Below are positions 40,501 through 49,000 of a stretch of 64,000 bases of DNA, one piece after another. Source of the stretch: Candidatus Iainarchaeum sp. GTDB lineage: Archaea > Iainarchaeota > Iainarchaeia > Iainarchaeales > DTGL01. The position numbers and the translations under genes were made by a program. Each line of letters opens with the position of its first letter. Positions within the stretch are counted from its first letter, which is position 1. Under the pieces are notes generated by a model that did no database searches, was not told the DNA's origin, and saw nothing but the letters and a program-made list of their open reading frames with translations. The DNA is taken from contig JAOAJX010000006.1 of NCBI GenBank assembly GCA_026413945.1, positions 20,519 through 84,518 of the forward strand, in the 5' to 3' direction.

Positions 40501-42992
40501 CACCAGGCTTTGCAATTGGCTTATTTAGCTTGGAAAGCATCACAAACATCTTTAAAGGAAATATAGACATTTTGGGAAGTTTGCTGAAGATTGATGATCC
40601 ATGGACTGGGGCATTGATTGGCTTTATAGCTGGCACACTATACACTTACTGGCAGCAGAGCCAAAATGTTGGCGTGCTCCAGATTCCTGTTGCTGTAAGA
40701 GACCTAAACATATTGGAATTAAAGCTTCTAATACAAAAAGGTCTTGAAGAAGAGATTGAAAACAAGATCATCGTGGAAAAGGGCAAAGCCAAGATTGAAA
40801 ACCCACCAGAAAAGCCATTGGGCATTGAGAAGATTGAAATTGTGTTCAAAAACAATGGCATAAAGCAAGAAGATATATACAAGCCAATATACCGCATACT
40901 AAAAGTGAATGGAAGCAAAATGGAATATCAGACTGACTACAATACAAAGAAAAAGAAAGATGCTGAGGCAATGAAGAAAATGGAGCCATCAGTGATTGGC
41001 AGCGAAGAGTATATACAGAAATTCCATCTGCAGTTCAATTCGTACAAGGCAAAACCAACCAAACCGGAAGTGAGACCTGAAGTAAGCTGCAAAGTTGGTG
41101 GTCTCATTGGCTCAACAGGGAAAGAAGCATTGCCAAAGATTAAGCTTTCATGGAACTGGAATGATATTGCAATTAATGAATGTGATGAAAGCGGAATCGG
41201 CAATTACTGCGATGCAACACAATTTAGCATAGAATTACTTAAGAAGTTAAAAAGAATTGACGAACTGCTCAGAGGCCAGAAATTAAAGTGCCCTTCGGCT
41301 GAAGGCATACTTAGTGAAAAAACACAGGAATTGGATAATCTTAAGTTGGACGTCGCAGTTACAAAAATAAGAGTTGAAAAAAGTGGATTTAATGCAACAG
41401 TTATTGGAACCATAGCAAGCAATAACAAGCAAGAGATGACAGTAAATGCATTTTTGTCTGTTTCCAAAGGTGGAAATACAATAAACTGCCCAGAAGGTGA
41501 AAAAGCAGTAAAGGTTATTGACAAAACCGAAGTAACATGCGTCTTTAACAACCTAGAAGAAGGCCTTTATGATGCTATGGTCAGGATAAGCCCTCAGCTA
41601 ACAACATGTAGTGGGTCATGCAAAAACGAAAATTTAGGCAATGACACTATAAGCACAAAGTTCGCTGTTGGCACAACAGCAGGGATATTTGAAAAATGTG
41701 AGCCATACAGTACTGAACGCCTCCCAGATTTTATAGCAGCAAACCCAAACAATGCAAGTCTTAAAGAAGCATTATCACTTACAAACTTCAACGCATACCT
41801 TATGCAAGATGGTTACACCTTGGACTTCAGAAAGGATTTCCATGAGTTCTCAGAAACTAAAGATTTCTTCAGCACCCCTTCTTGGTACAAAGGAGACATC
41901 GGCATAGGCAAGTATTTCTCAAGTGCAGCGCTCTTTGAATTTAAATCTCCATTCCTGAGACCTGAGTCAGGCTACCTACCAGCAGGCAAGTACAATGTTA
42001 GGATAAAAATTGATTATAATAATGGATCTTGGTGCTTGTTTGAAGGCACAATTCCAAATGCAAGAATAGAAGTAATTTTTGAGCGTTTAGATACGCCCGA
42101 TCCAGATTCTGTGTTTTATTATATGCCATTTAACGGTCTTGTTGGTGTTGATAGCCAAAACGGGCGGCAGGGCTATGGAATAAACTTCAGGCAAAAATCA
42201 GAGGAAACCATAAAAATAAATGAAGATGTGAAACAGCCAATAAGAACTACCACAATTGCAAACTCAATACCAATACCAAATGGCTGGGTTGAAGCCCGCG
42301 TTGTTAAGGATTTCAAAACATTGCATGGTGATACGCCTGGTGTTGTGCTCGAAATTGAAAAAAGCACAGCTGGCTTGAATATGGTATATAGCCCAAGTGT
42401 AGCCACACCGCTTTTGCTAAAAGTTAGTGGTGGTGAGAGAAAGAACGCTTATGCATTTTACCAGCTAACAATAAACAACAGACCACAGGAAGCCTCAAGT
42501 AGCTTGTTCTCATGGAGTGGCCTTGTAAAAGGCTGTAAGGACTTCACTGATGCTGAAGTTACAGAAGCATTTAACTACAGGCGTGATATACGCGGAGGTG
42601 TTGGCAAAACTCAATGTGCAGGCAGCTTTTCAACACATCAGTATGGCGTAGAGTGGTGCAACATTAAGAGGCAAGGAGATGTATTCCTGAAAACAATTCT
42701 ATTCACACCACAAGAGAGTGTAGCTTTGCTCGAAATTGTAAGCTCTTCCGACAAAGCAGTGTTCATAAGCCCAAAAGGCACTGGCAATCGCATAGAAACC
42801 GGTGGCATCGAAGGTGCAACAATTACATCTGTAGAGAAAATACTTAAGCTTGTGGAAGAGAAGAAAGTGTGTGTTGCCGGCCTTGGAAGCAATAGCAGGG
42901 CAACATTCTTCTGGAATCAGCAACAGCTTATAGATGCTGCATTTAAAAACACGATAGAAAGCATACCTTCACAATGCATAAAAAGTAGCTGA
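34512..42992 (+). CDS. Giant membrane-anchored surface protein C (2826 aa) with Cys-rich repeat insert
   Basis: Same architecture: KWVNLEW, RDPEDMALG, LYAKT, NYCDATQ, YYMPFNGLVG, VCV...FWNQ, plus a roughly 500-aa Cys-rich insert. Confidence 0.85.
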   Translation: MGIMSSLREFYYHLEDRYYEVIDKISTKIPINKLTDAIDKVFPSFILFIILLFVLLAALVLFLIPSVVIPKDVALNVFVQYQDRFGAKRPLEGAKIEIIVGEKVHRITTSENGKIQPIILKPKSEVILRVSKDGFKPNPAEKSITMEDENAQVSFLLTEIIKTQSISFKIIDENTKSPIVKRVSLSFECSNKKANPPKAAEKYTDYSGSIQIDDVEIDCLPLLVTVNAQEYETAENVSVRDGTTIALRKVVELKPVEQKGRLIVNVTFRGELPEENIIVDLEKDTGAAPIFMESGVTSSGQVVFEVLPGKYRVRTKATANYSVAESQFINVGANENRSISLEIQKIIIGSIKIQVFDKDNSKPLANARVTLIKDNTQFACADTNAEGRADFHLSKDENFLLVVDHPDYCVYRLRDVRKSDSILRIGLVKYTQDCGGSISVKVIDFEKRAISGAKVAAFDENGSSLGLKELITDINGIAVFKGFYLGRYKFFAYKGFGSSWSDIIEFSPRLGTEHEAVIVLSIPKATLKLKVTNDGGEGLPFSDVIVKDAYTDKVIKGPLKIENIGGDIDINIDAGFSFYLYINNPDYAPYISERIVLKPEEQRQMHVKLEPKRISGEIAIEFLGLFKDGQNAVVLAAGKEYMAKFKVSVPESAQYDKFGVHLRVGKYNIMEKDFLFIKEIYAGGNPKIIRGISYSPEQGMGHDFSLLSTESAKWVNLEWTRLSGGTIYVYAKVKVKESASSEELKVMWRAWGLRKGLMVRDPEDMALGNAMSDAELYAKTYERIYNVGEEKLCTDKWCTVFKALDIEENVATYIDGSYTAKVGKPYKLYFSIANSSKFETDTFTNVKLKIFNTEKNITFGNYIVYGETVVKGSANANETPYIEVGNIKPNNEIHGEIEFSPKSGKFGSINLRLHDPTKHAHIFEETIAVSIIAARNFTIDFKVGESFQSEAPLLPSGVENTIIARIRDKQSGLEVSDAIVKVKDSTGNTIIQTFTGSLGLAEIKLPSLMPDEKLVLTAEKPDYEEARKEIRTDGNVINLEPAEIGLQLNVFTKREDSVVVRILNKTAMTLKLRAIKLSGEFYGIIDERKVRDWLVGEYVGKEIGPKGKLDIALKVSLSDYGKTINEVKNLEGLVTASVSTSSAYGHEWHADSKVKISVGIGGEVDDPSCLIASIKEWKAKTKSNEVSTDFSVKNNCTLEGKPIALKNLSAKIELKGNRLGSYYVKIGDVGIELSNAYPKILKGTLNPEETLPALLSFAPDGGIVGTAKATIIITAEHYTNKGKQTLSTSIETEIEMISLENCIRYDKSLIRIVDHNSATLKIETKGCKVPIDFMLDTKIAVSEKEFNMKADDNKELIVMPSQEDIPGQYPIYVMVKSANDSEYSFNKLIRVIIEPKGCLKLNRYEFDIYDDANNPYDGFDTALLMNECYKRTEKISISYDERDWWEAIKTGAVWGLVGFVYGGVRSLAAGKTFFGTERPSNVCSKAGYKYCGTKNLCKDERVVVVNNVTCCASECITEETGLHKDICSKKGYNYCGAGNCDLTQGKETVVDGVVCCTGKCKTGTIEKPENICKSAGKYFCKTDEICPDAAYVVVGDVTCCGKPCAKGQIAKPPITQPTTATVKPPSGQKTDEELCKEYYPNSRKITSQEECHPNCTFSRQTAERLVKCCKNDCTGTEKPPTDGTTEGGKPPSETGAPIEGPTIPDCYNTELECAAKAWKKTTLLTGGCDCYAAINCIYDEFGKCYRFGYCNNSKCTTQGTTGPSEPVEGECKIEGYFCKGTVMYWRDSCGNEGIQMDCAESGAICEAGNCVLQEGCKLEGYFCQGTVLHWKDSCGNTGVERDCADAGGICQNGNCVAAESGCQRIGYFCQGTVLHWKDSCGNTGVERDCADAGGICQNGNCVAAEGSSSGTTQPPSGDVCIGCHETLSKCQKANGAGIARICDCELAVTCEYVPSCSVATPCYRFKSCNNSFCSLGSSGRKMNEEGMIRKVVAANSSPGFAIGLFSLESITNIFKGNIDILGSLLKIDDPWTGALIGFIAGTLYTYWQQSQNVGVLQIPVAVRDLNILELKLLIQKGLEEEIENKIIVEKGKAKIENPPEKPLGIEKIEIVFKNNGIKQEDIYKPIYRILKVNGSKMEYQTDYNTKKKKDAEAMKKMEPSVIGSEEYIQKFHLQFNSYKAKPTKPEVRPEVSCKVGGLIGSTGKEALPKIKLSWNWNDIAINECDESGIGNYCDATQFSIELLKKLKRIDELLRGQKLKCPSAEGILSEKTQELDNLKLDVAVTKIRVEKSGFNATVIGTIASNNKQEMTVNAFLSVSKGGNTINCPEGEKAVKVIDKTEVTCVFNNLEEGLYDAMVRISPQLTTCSGSCKNENLGNDTISTKFAVGTTAGIFEKCEPYSTERLPDFIAANPNNASLKEALSLTNFNAYLMQDGYTLDFRKDFHEFSETKDFFSTPSWYKGDIGIGKYFSSAALFEFKSPFLRPESGYLPAGKYNVRIKIDYNNGSWCLFEGTIPNARIEVIFERLDTPDPDSVFYYMPFNGLVGVDSQNGRQGYGINFRQKSEETIKINEDVKQPIRTTTIANSIPIPNGWVEARVVKDFKTLHGDTPGVVLEIEKSTAGLNMVYSPSVATPLLLKVSGGERKNAYAFYQLTINNRPQEASSSLFSWSGLVKGCKDFTDAEVTEAFNYRRDIRGGVGKTQCAGSFSTHQYGVEWCNIKRQGDVFLKTILFTPQESVALLEIVSSSDKAVFISPKGTGNRIETGGIEGATITSVEKILKLVEEKKVCVAGLGSNSRATFFWNQQQLIDAAFKNTIESIPSQCIKSS
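38955..39325 (+). repeat. Three tandem approx. 35-45-aa Cys-rich protein repeats (C.K.G..YC....C......VV..V.CC...C)
   Basis: VCSKAGYKYCG...VTCCASEC; ICSKKGYNYCG...VVCCTGKC; ICKSAGKYFCK...VTCCGKPC. Coordinates approximate. Confidence 0.8.
39834..40226 (+). repeat. Tandem coding repeat: two 120-bp copies (39969-40088 and 40107-40226, period 138 bp, one synonymous mismatch) plus a diverged copy from 39834
   Basis: Direct comparison of the DNA: GYFCQGTVLHWKDSCGNTGVERDCADAGGICQNGNCVAAE twice, differing only at GGG/GGT. Confidence 0.95.
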
Positions 42993-43015
42993 CGCAATTA
43001 CTAACAGGGATAGTT

Positions 43016-46000
43016 GTGGAAATCGAAGAAATTGAAGATGAGGAAAATATAATCTATAGGATAAAGGAACGTTACATCGCTTTTTGTGAAAAAAACAAAA
43101 TACCAAAAGCACTTCCTATTTTAGTTGCAATAATTCTTATTTTAGCATTAGCTTATATTCTTTTTTTTAGTGCAAATCCGCAGCCGAAGCCAAAAGAATT
43201 TAGCTTAATAGTATATTTTAGAGATGAAAAAGGTGCTCCGGTAAGCGGACTTGATGTTAATGTAACAATAAATGGTGAAAAGACACGCAGAAAAACAGAC
43301 AGCAAAGGAAAAATTTCTATTACCGTGGATGAAAACAGCAATGTAAAGATTTCGTTGAGAGAAACTCTTTACCTTGATGGTGAATGGACTTTCAAAATAA
43401 GCGAGGATACTGAAAGAACAATAACATTAAAGCTAAGGGAAAAGCCACTTGAGAAGATTATAGTTCGCTTTGAAACAAGCAAGGGGTCAACAAAAGGAAA
43501 ATATGTAAAAGTGACGCTTAGCTGCTCAAATAAGGCCATTAATCAATGGGATGAGTTTGATTCGGATAAGGATGGCATTATAGAAATTACATTGCCGCTT
43601 GATTGTGGTGAAGTCAAAGTTGAAAATGCAGAGCTTGAAAACCATTTATTTGAGCGCACATTTAAAAAGGGAAAGGACATTTTTGTGACATTTAAAGAAA
43701 TAGAGATACCCAAGGGAACATTGAGGGTAAAAATAGTAGATGATAAAAAAGAGCTTATACTTAACAAAAACATAACAGTCAGCATTGAAAGGGATGGTGA
43801 AAGAAAAAGCTCGTTTACACAAGGTTATGGAATAGTTGAATTTTCTAATCTTATGCCTGGAAGTTACAATGTTTATGCAGTTGACCCCGAGCAAAGCTAC
43901 TCTGCGTCAAATACAAATGCAATAGTCAAGGCTAATGAAACTACTGAAGTATTTTTGGCTTTGAGCAGAAACATCAGTGCGATGCTTCTCATAAGAACAA
44001 TTGATATGAAAACACTTGGTGCTATCGAAGGCGCAACAGCAAAGGTTATTAAAAATGGCAACACAATGGTCGAAGAGATAACAAAAGAAAATGGCATTGC
44101 TAGGGTACCTCTTTTCGATATGGGTTCTTATGTTATAGTTGTGAAAAGAGATGGTTATTTCCCAAAGAAGATTGACTTTAATGTTACATCAGCAAGCGAA
44201 TCTGTGACTATTGAGCTCGAAAGAATTACGGAAGAAAATATGGGCAGGACTTTTGTAAAAGTTGTTGATGAGGAAGGCATGGCTGTTAAAGACGCAAAAG
44301 TGATTTTCAAATATAAGGAAACTGGCGCAATTGTTGAACTGCAATCAAAACAAAATTACGCGCTTACAGACGAAAATGGCACAGCAGAATTTGTTCTTGG
44401 AGCCATAAATTCTGATGTTTATCCGTTTGCAATCAAGTACCCGGCTTTTGGTGGGTCGCCAGCGCAGGCAAAAAAGATAATTCCTGACGAGAACAATTAC
44501 TTTGAGGTTATCCTTAAGGTTGGTAAAAGCAAAATTAAAGTAATGGCCAAAGATTCCGAGGGAAAGCCTTTGAATGAGGCATACTTTGAAGTTTTCTCAT
44601 CATTTGACCATAATTCAGTAACAAAAGGAAAAATGTTGATAATTGACGGCATGACGGAATATGAAATTAAGGCAGCCCAAAGTGTCTATGTGGTGGTAAG
44701 CAAAGAGGGATATATCAAATATAAAAGCAGAATATTGCAGCTCTGGCCAAATGAGGAATATGAAATAAACGCTGTTTTGCTAAAAGAAGGCGAGGTTGCT
44801 AAGCCAAAAATTGAGTTTTTAGGTATTTTTGATGGAAATCTCGTTGCCTCTGCACTTAAAGCGGGCAGAACTTATGTTGTTAAGTTTAATGCCTATTTTC
44901 CTAAAGGTTCATCAAAGAATGGCTTTCACTTTAGAATTGGTGAAAACCAAGACGCTAACTTAGAACCGGCCTTTATAAAGTTTGTGAATGCAAAAGGTGC
45001 TAAAGTAAAGATTGGGCTCACGTATAGGCCGCCAAAATCAGAGAGCATAGAAGAGCTTGCACCCACAGGAGGGAAATGGGCTTCTATAGAGTGGGATTCA
45101 AATGAAACGGGCACATACGAGTTATATTTTGAAATTAAAATTAAGGAAAATGTGAAACCAAGGACAGTCATATTATTTTATTATAGAAGCTATGCTATTT
45201 TTGATAAGGCTGTGACAAGAGAGCCGTTTGATGAAGAGCTTGGTGAATTACTTAGCACTCAATCTAAAGATGGCCTTTACGCTAAAGCCCACAAGTTACA
45301 ATTTTATGAGGGTTCTGAGAGTGCCTGCAAAGAGCTATTTTGCATTTCTGGCTACTGGCTATATGACGCGCAAGAAGACATTTTCCTCAAGGAACCTTAT
45401 TCTGTGATGCTATTTGGTGACTATAACTTTTTGTTCGATATAATTAACAATTCGCAAAATGATTACAACAAAATAATTTTGATAGTAAAGAATACTATAA
45501 ACAACAGGCAAGATAATGCTTTGGCTTTTGAAAGCTTGGTTATTTCAATACCAGCTGGTCAAAAAGAGCTTAAGCCAAAAGATAACGAATTTAAGGAAGA
45601 AGTAATGCCTTTTTCATATAGTGAGCAGCTAAAAGGCAATGTGAAGTTCAAAGGCAGGATAGAAATAACTACGAACATAGCTGTTGAAATTGTTGCTGAT
45701 CGCTACGTTGTTTTTTCAAAAAGCATTCCTGTAAAAGTATACTCTGCTGGAAAGCTCGATGTTAACATTCAACCGAATGCCTTTTTGCCATTTGCAAGCC
45801 ATGACTTAAAAATAATGGTTAGAGATCAAAGCAAAAGCCCGATTAAAGGTGCTTTGGTTACTGTTCGAAGAACACACGATGATGGTACCGATGAGACCTT
45901 GCAAGAAATCACAGATAACAATGGGCTTGTTTCATTCAAAATAAAGGAGTCGTTTCCAAAAACCAAAATAGAGGTTCTCGTTGAAAAAATGGGCTATGCG

Positions 46001-49000
46001 CCTTTCAGATGGGAAAAAAGTGTTGATGGAAATATTGCGAAAATAACACCTGAAAGCATAAGTGTTAATCTCAATACTGATTCGAAAACCCAGGAAAAAA
46101 TAATTTTGAGTATTGAAAACAGAGTCGGCTCAGATTTGTTGGTTAAAAGTGCAAGGTTTACAGGGGGCTTCAATGGCATACTTGACGAAGCCTCGATGAA
46201 CGCCAACGCCACAACAATTGTTGGAAAAACTATAAAAACCAAAGACCAGCTTGACTTTGCCTTAAATTTTTTGCTTTCGCAAAATGCAGAAGATTTGATG
46301 CAAAGCAACGTAGATCTTAATGGCGCAATCGAGATAATAGTTTCAGTGCCAAGATTTGGAGCTGATTATGCCTTAGTGGTCCCTTTTAAAGCAAAAGTCT
46401 CTCTTGGTGGGCTCCCGGAAAATGCGCCTTGTATTTCTCTCTCTGGACCAAATGTGCCTGACTGGAGTGTTGCCACAATAAATGACACTGCAAGGACAGA
46501 AGTAAAAATATCAAATATTTGCATAAGCAACGGGAAGCCCATTGACCTTGAAAATTTGCAAGCAAAGCTTACATGGGCTTCAGGATCAAAAAAAGCAGGA
46601 AGTATTGAAATAAGCATAAATTCTCCTGATGGCTCAACTGTAACTAAAATACTCAAGCCTGGCATATGGACAAAATTATTTGATGGTTTTAAAAACGAGT
46701 TGAATTCTGGAACATATAATGCTGTTATAACATTCAAGCCTCTGCCAGACTATGCTGGAGAAACAGCAAGCTTTACAATTGAAATAGACGGCCAGACAAA
46801 AACAGACAAAGGCCTCGCTTTTGTAGGTTCTGATTCTAAAATAGAGGCGAAAATACTAATAATTGATCTCAAAGGATGCATAAAGTATCCAAAAGAAAAA
46901 ATAACCATAAAGCCAAACGAGAAAGAAGCAAAAATAAAAATAGATGCAAATGGCTGCAACACGAACATATCTGTATGGCTCTGTAAGGATGATCCAAAGT
47001 GCCGCGGTGGTACCGAAGAAGGCGGCATAACTTTGATACCTTATGAAGAGCTTAAGTTTACAAAAACAGAAACATCAAAAAGTGTTACAGTATATAGGGA
47101 GCAGATTGCTGGCCAATATGGCATAACAGTCCATGCAAAAGCACCGGATATGGATTATCAGCAAATAGGTACAATAGATGTTGTTGTTGAGCCAACAGAA
47201 AGAGAATACTTTAGCATGAGCAGATATGAGTTTACGCTAACTAATTCAACAAACTGGAAAGATTCCACAGACTTGATAAATAAAATGTGGGTTGAAGATG
47301 TAAACATAACTGCAAAGCTCTGCACAGCTTGCCAAAATCCGAAAAAGCTGCCAGATTATTGCATAATGAACAGAGCTCTTGAAAAATCAACATTGGACAA
47401 GCCAGACTGGTGGGTAAATGTAGCAATATCATTAGGTGTAGGATTAACAGCTGGTGCTGGATGTGCTATTGCTGCTGCCGAAGCAAAAATTGTAGACCCG
47501 ACAGCTTTGATAATAATAGCTGGTGCTTGCTTCCTTGGCTCAGCTCTAGCAACATATTTTACAATTTCTGGTGCAGAATGCGATGTTCAAATGGCCACAT
47601 ATCCTTTTATGGACTATGTTGTAAACTTACCTGACGATTTGAAAGGCCTTAAAGTAATGGGCAAACCTTATGACGTAAATTTAGGAAGTGATGAAAGAAG
47701 CAGCTATAAGAAAAGAGAGCAGATATTGCCAATAAGCTTCGAAAATAAGGGCAAAGATTCTTCGGACAAAAGTGGTTATGGCATACTAGAAATAAAAGCA
47801 ATCGAACACATTCATGGAGATCCAACACATACAAATCCTAAGATGGAAAGAAACAAAGCTGACTTTGGATTATTCAACGTTCCAGACACTGAAACTAAAG
47901 AATACTCGCAAAAAATCCACTTAAGGTTTATCACAAATGCAAACTTTAGCGAAAAGCTTACAAAGGCAGGGGCAGAAACAAAATCATGCAGCATCGGGAC
48001 AAAAAGCGGTTTTACTGGTGATGGGCTTGTTCCAAAAATAAAGCTCGATTGGAGTTGGAAAACAATTGAATGGAATTTTTGCGATGCTGACAATGAAAAC
48101 GCAGCATACTGCGATGCGGTGCAGCATAGCATAGCCCTTACAAAAAGGTTAAAAATGCTTGATGACTTTTTCAAGGCAAACAATTACTCATTTGAATGCC
48201 CTGCTCACCCTAAGAATAAGGCAACACAAAGTATAATTGATAGCACTAATGAAAAGGAATCTTCAAGGTCTGTCAGTATTGGAAAAGTTGGCGTTTCAAA
48301 AGTTGAGTATTCTGCAAACAATATCAGTTTAAGCGTTGTTTTAAGAGCAATGGTAGAAAACAAAACTGCAGATGAGCAAAGCACAAAGATAAAATTCTTG
48401 CTTAAAAACCAAGCTCTTGCAAAAGAGTGCGAAAAAGAAACTATTGTTGGCTCGAATTCGAGTGTAACGGTTGAGTGCTTATTTGAGAATTTGGTTGCTA
48501 ATGATGACCCGTATTTTGGTTCTGCTGCTGCTGTTGATTCTAGCAAAGGAAATGCTGATAAAAAAGCAGTTACTGTTGCTTTTGTACTCCAGAGCAAGAA
48601 TAGCGATTGTTGGTTGCCCTATTCCACTAGAAAGATTGAAGGTAAACCTGCTTTGCTTTATTTCATAGACAGAAATATAAGAAACTGGGGCAACTATGTA
48701 AATGTAAAAGAGATAAATTGGCCAGCTGGCTGGCCTGGCTCTAATGCCCAGGAAAAGATAGCATTCCTTGAGAAGCTTATTGAGTTCGATACATTGTTAG
48801 TAAGGGACGCATATCCTAATAGTTTGAAAAGCGATTTTGTAGAGCATTACACAAAGGAGACCTTTATGGATGTGCCAACATGGTTTAGTGGAAGCTCCGG
48901 CTTTAAAGAGTATTTCTTAGATAAAGACGCTATCGAATTTGAGACAGGTGACAGCACAAAGAAGCTTCCGGGGCCTGGCAAGTACAGAATTTTCCTTGAA

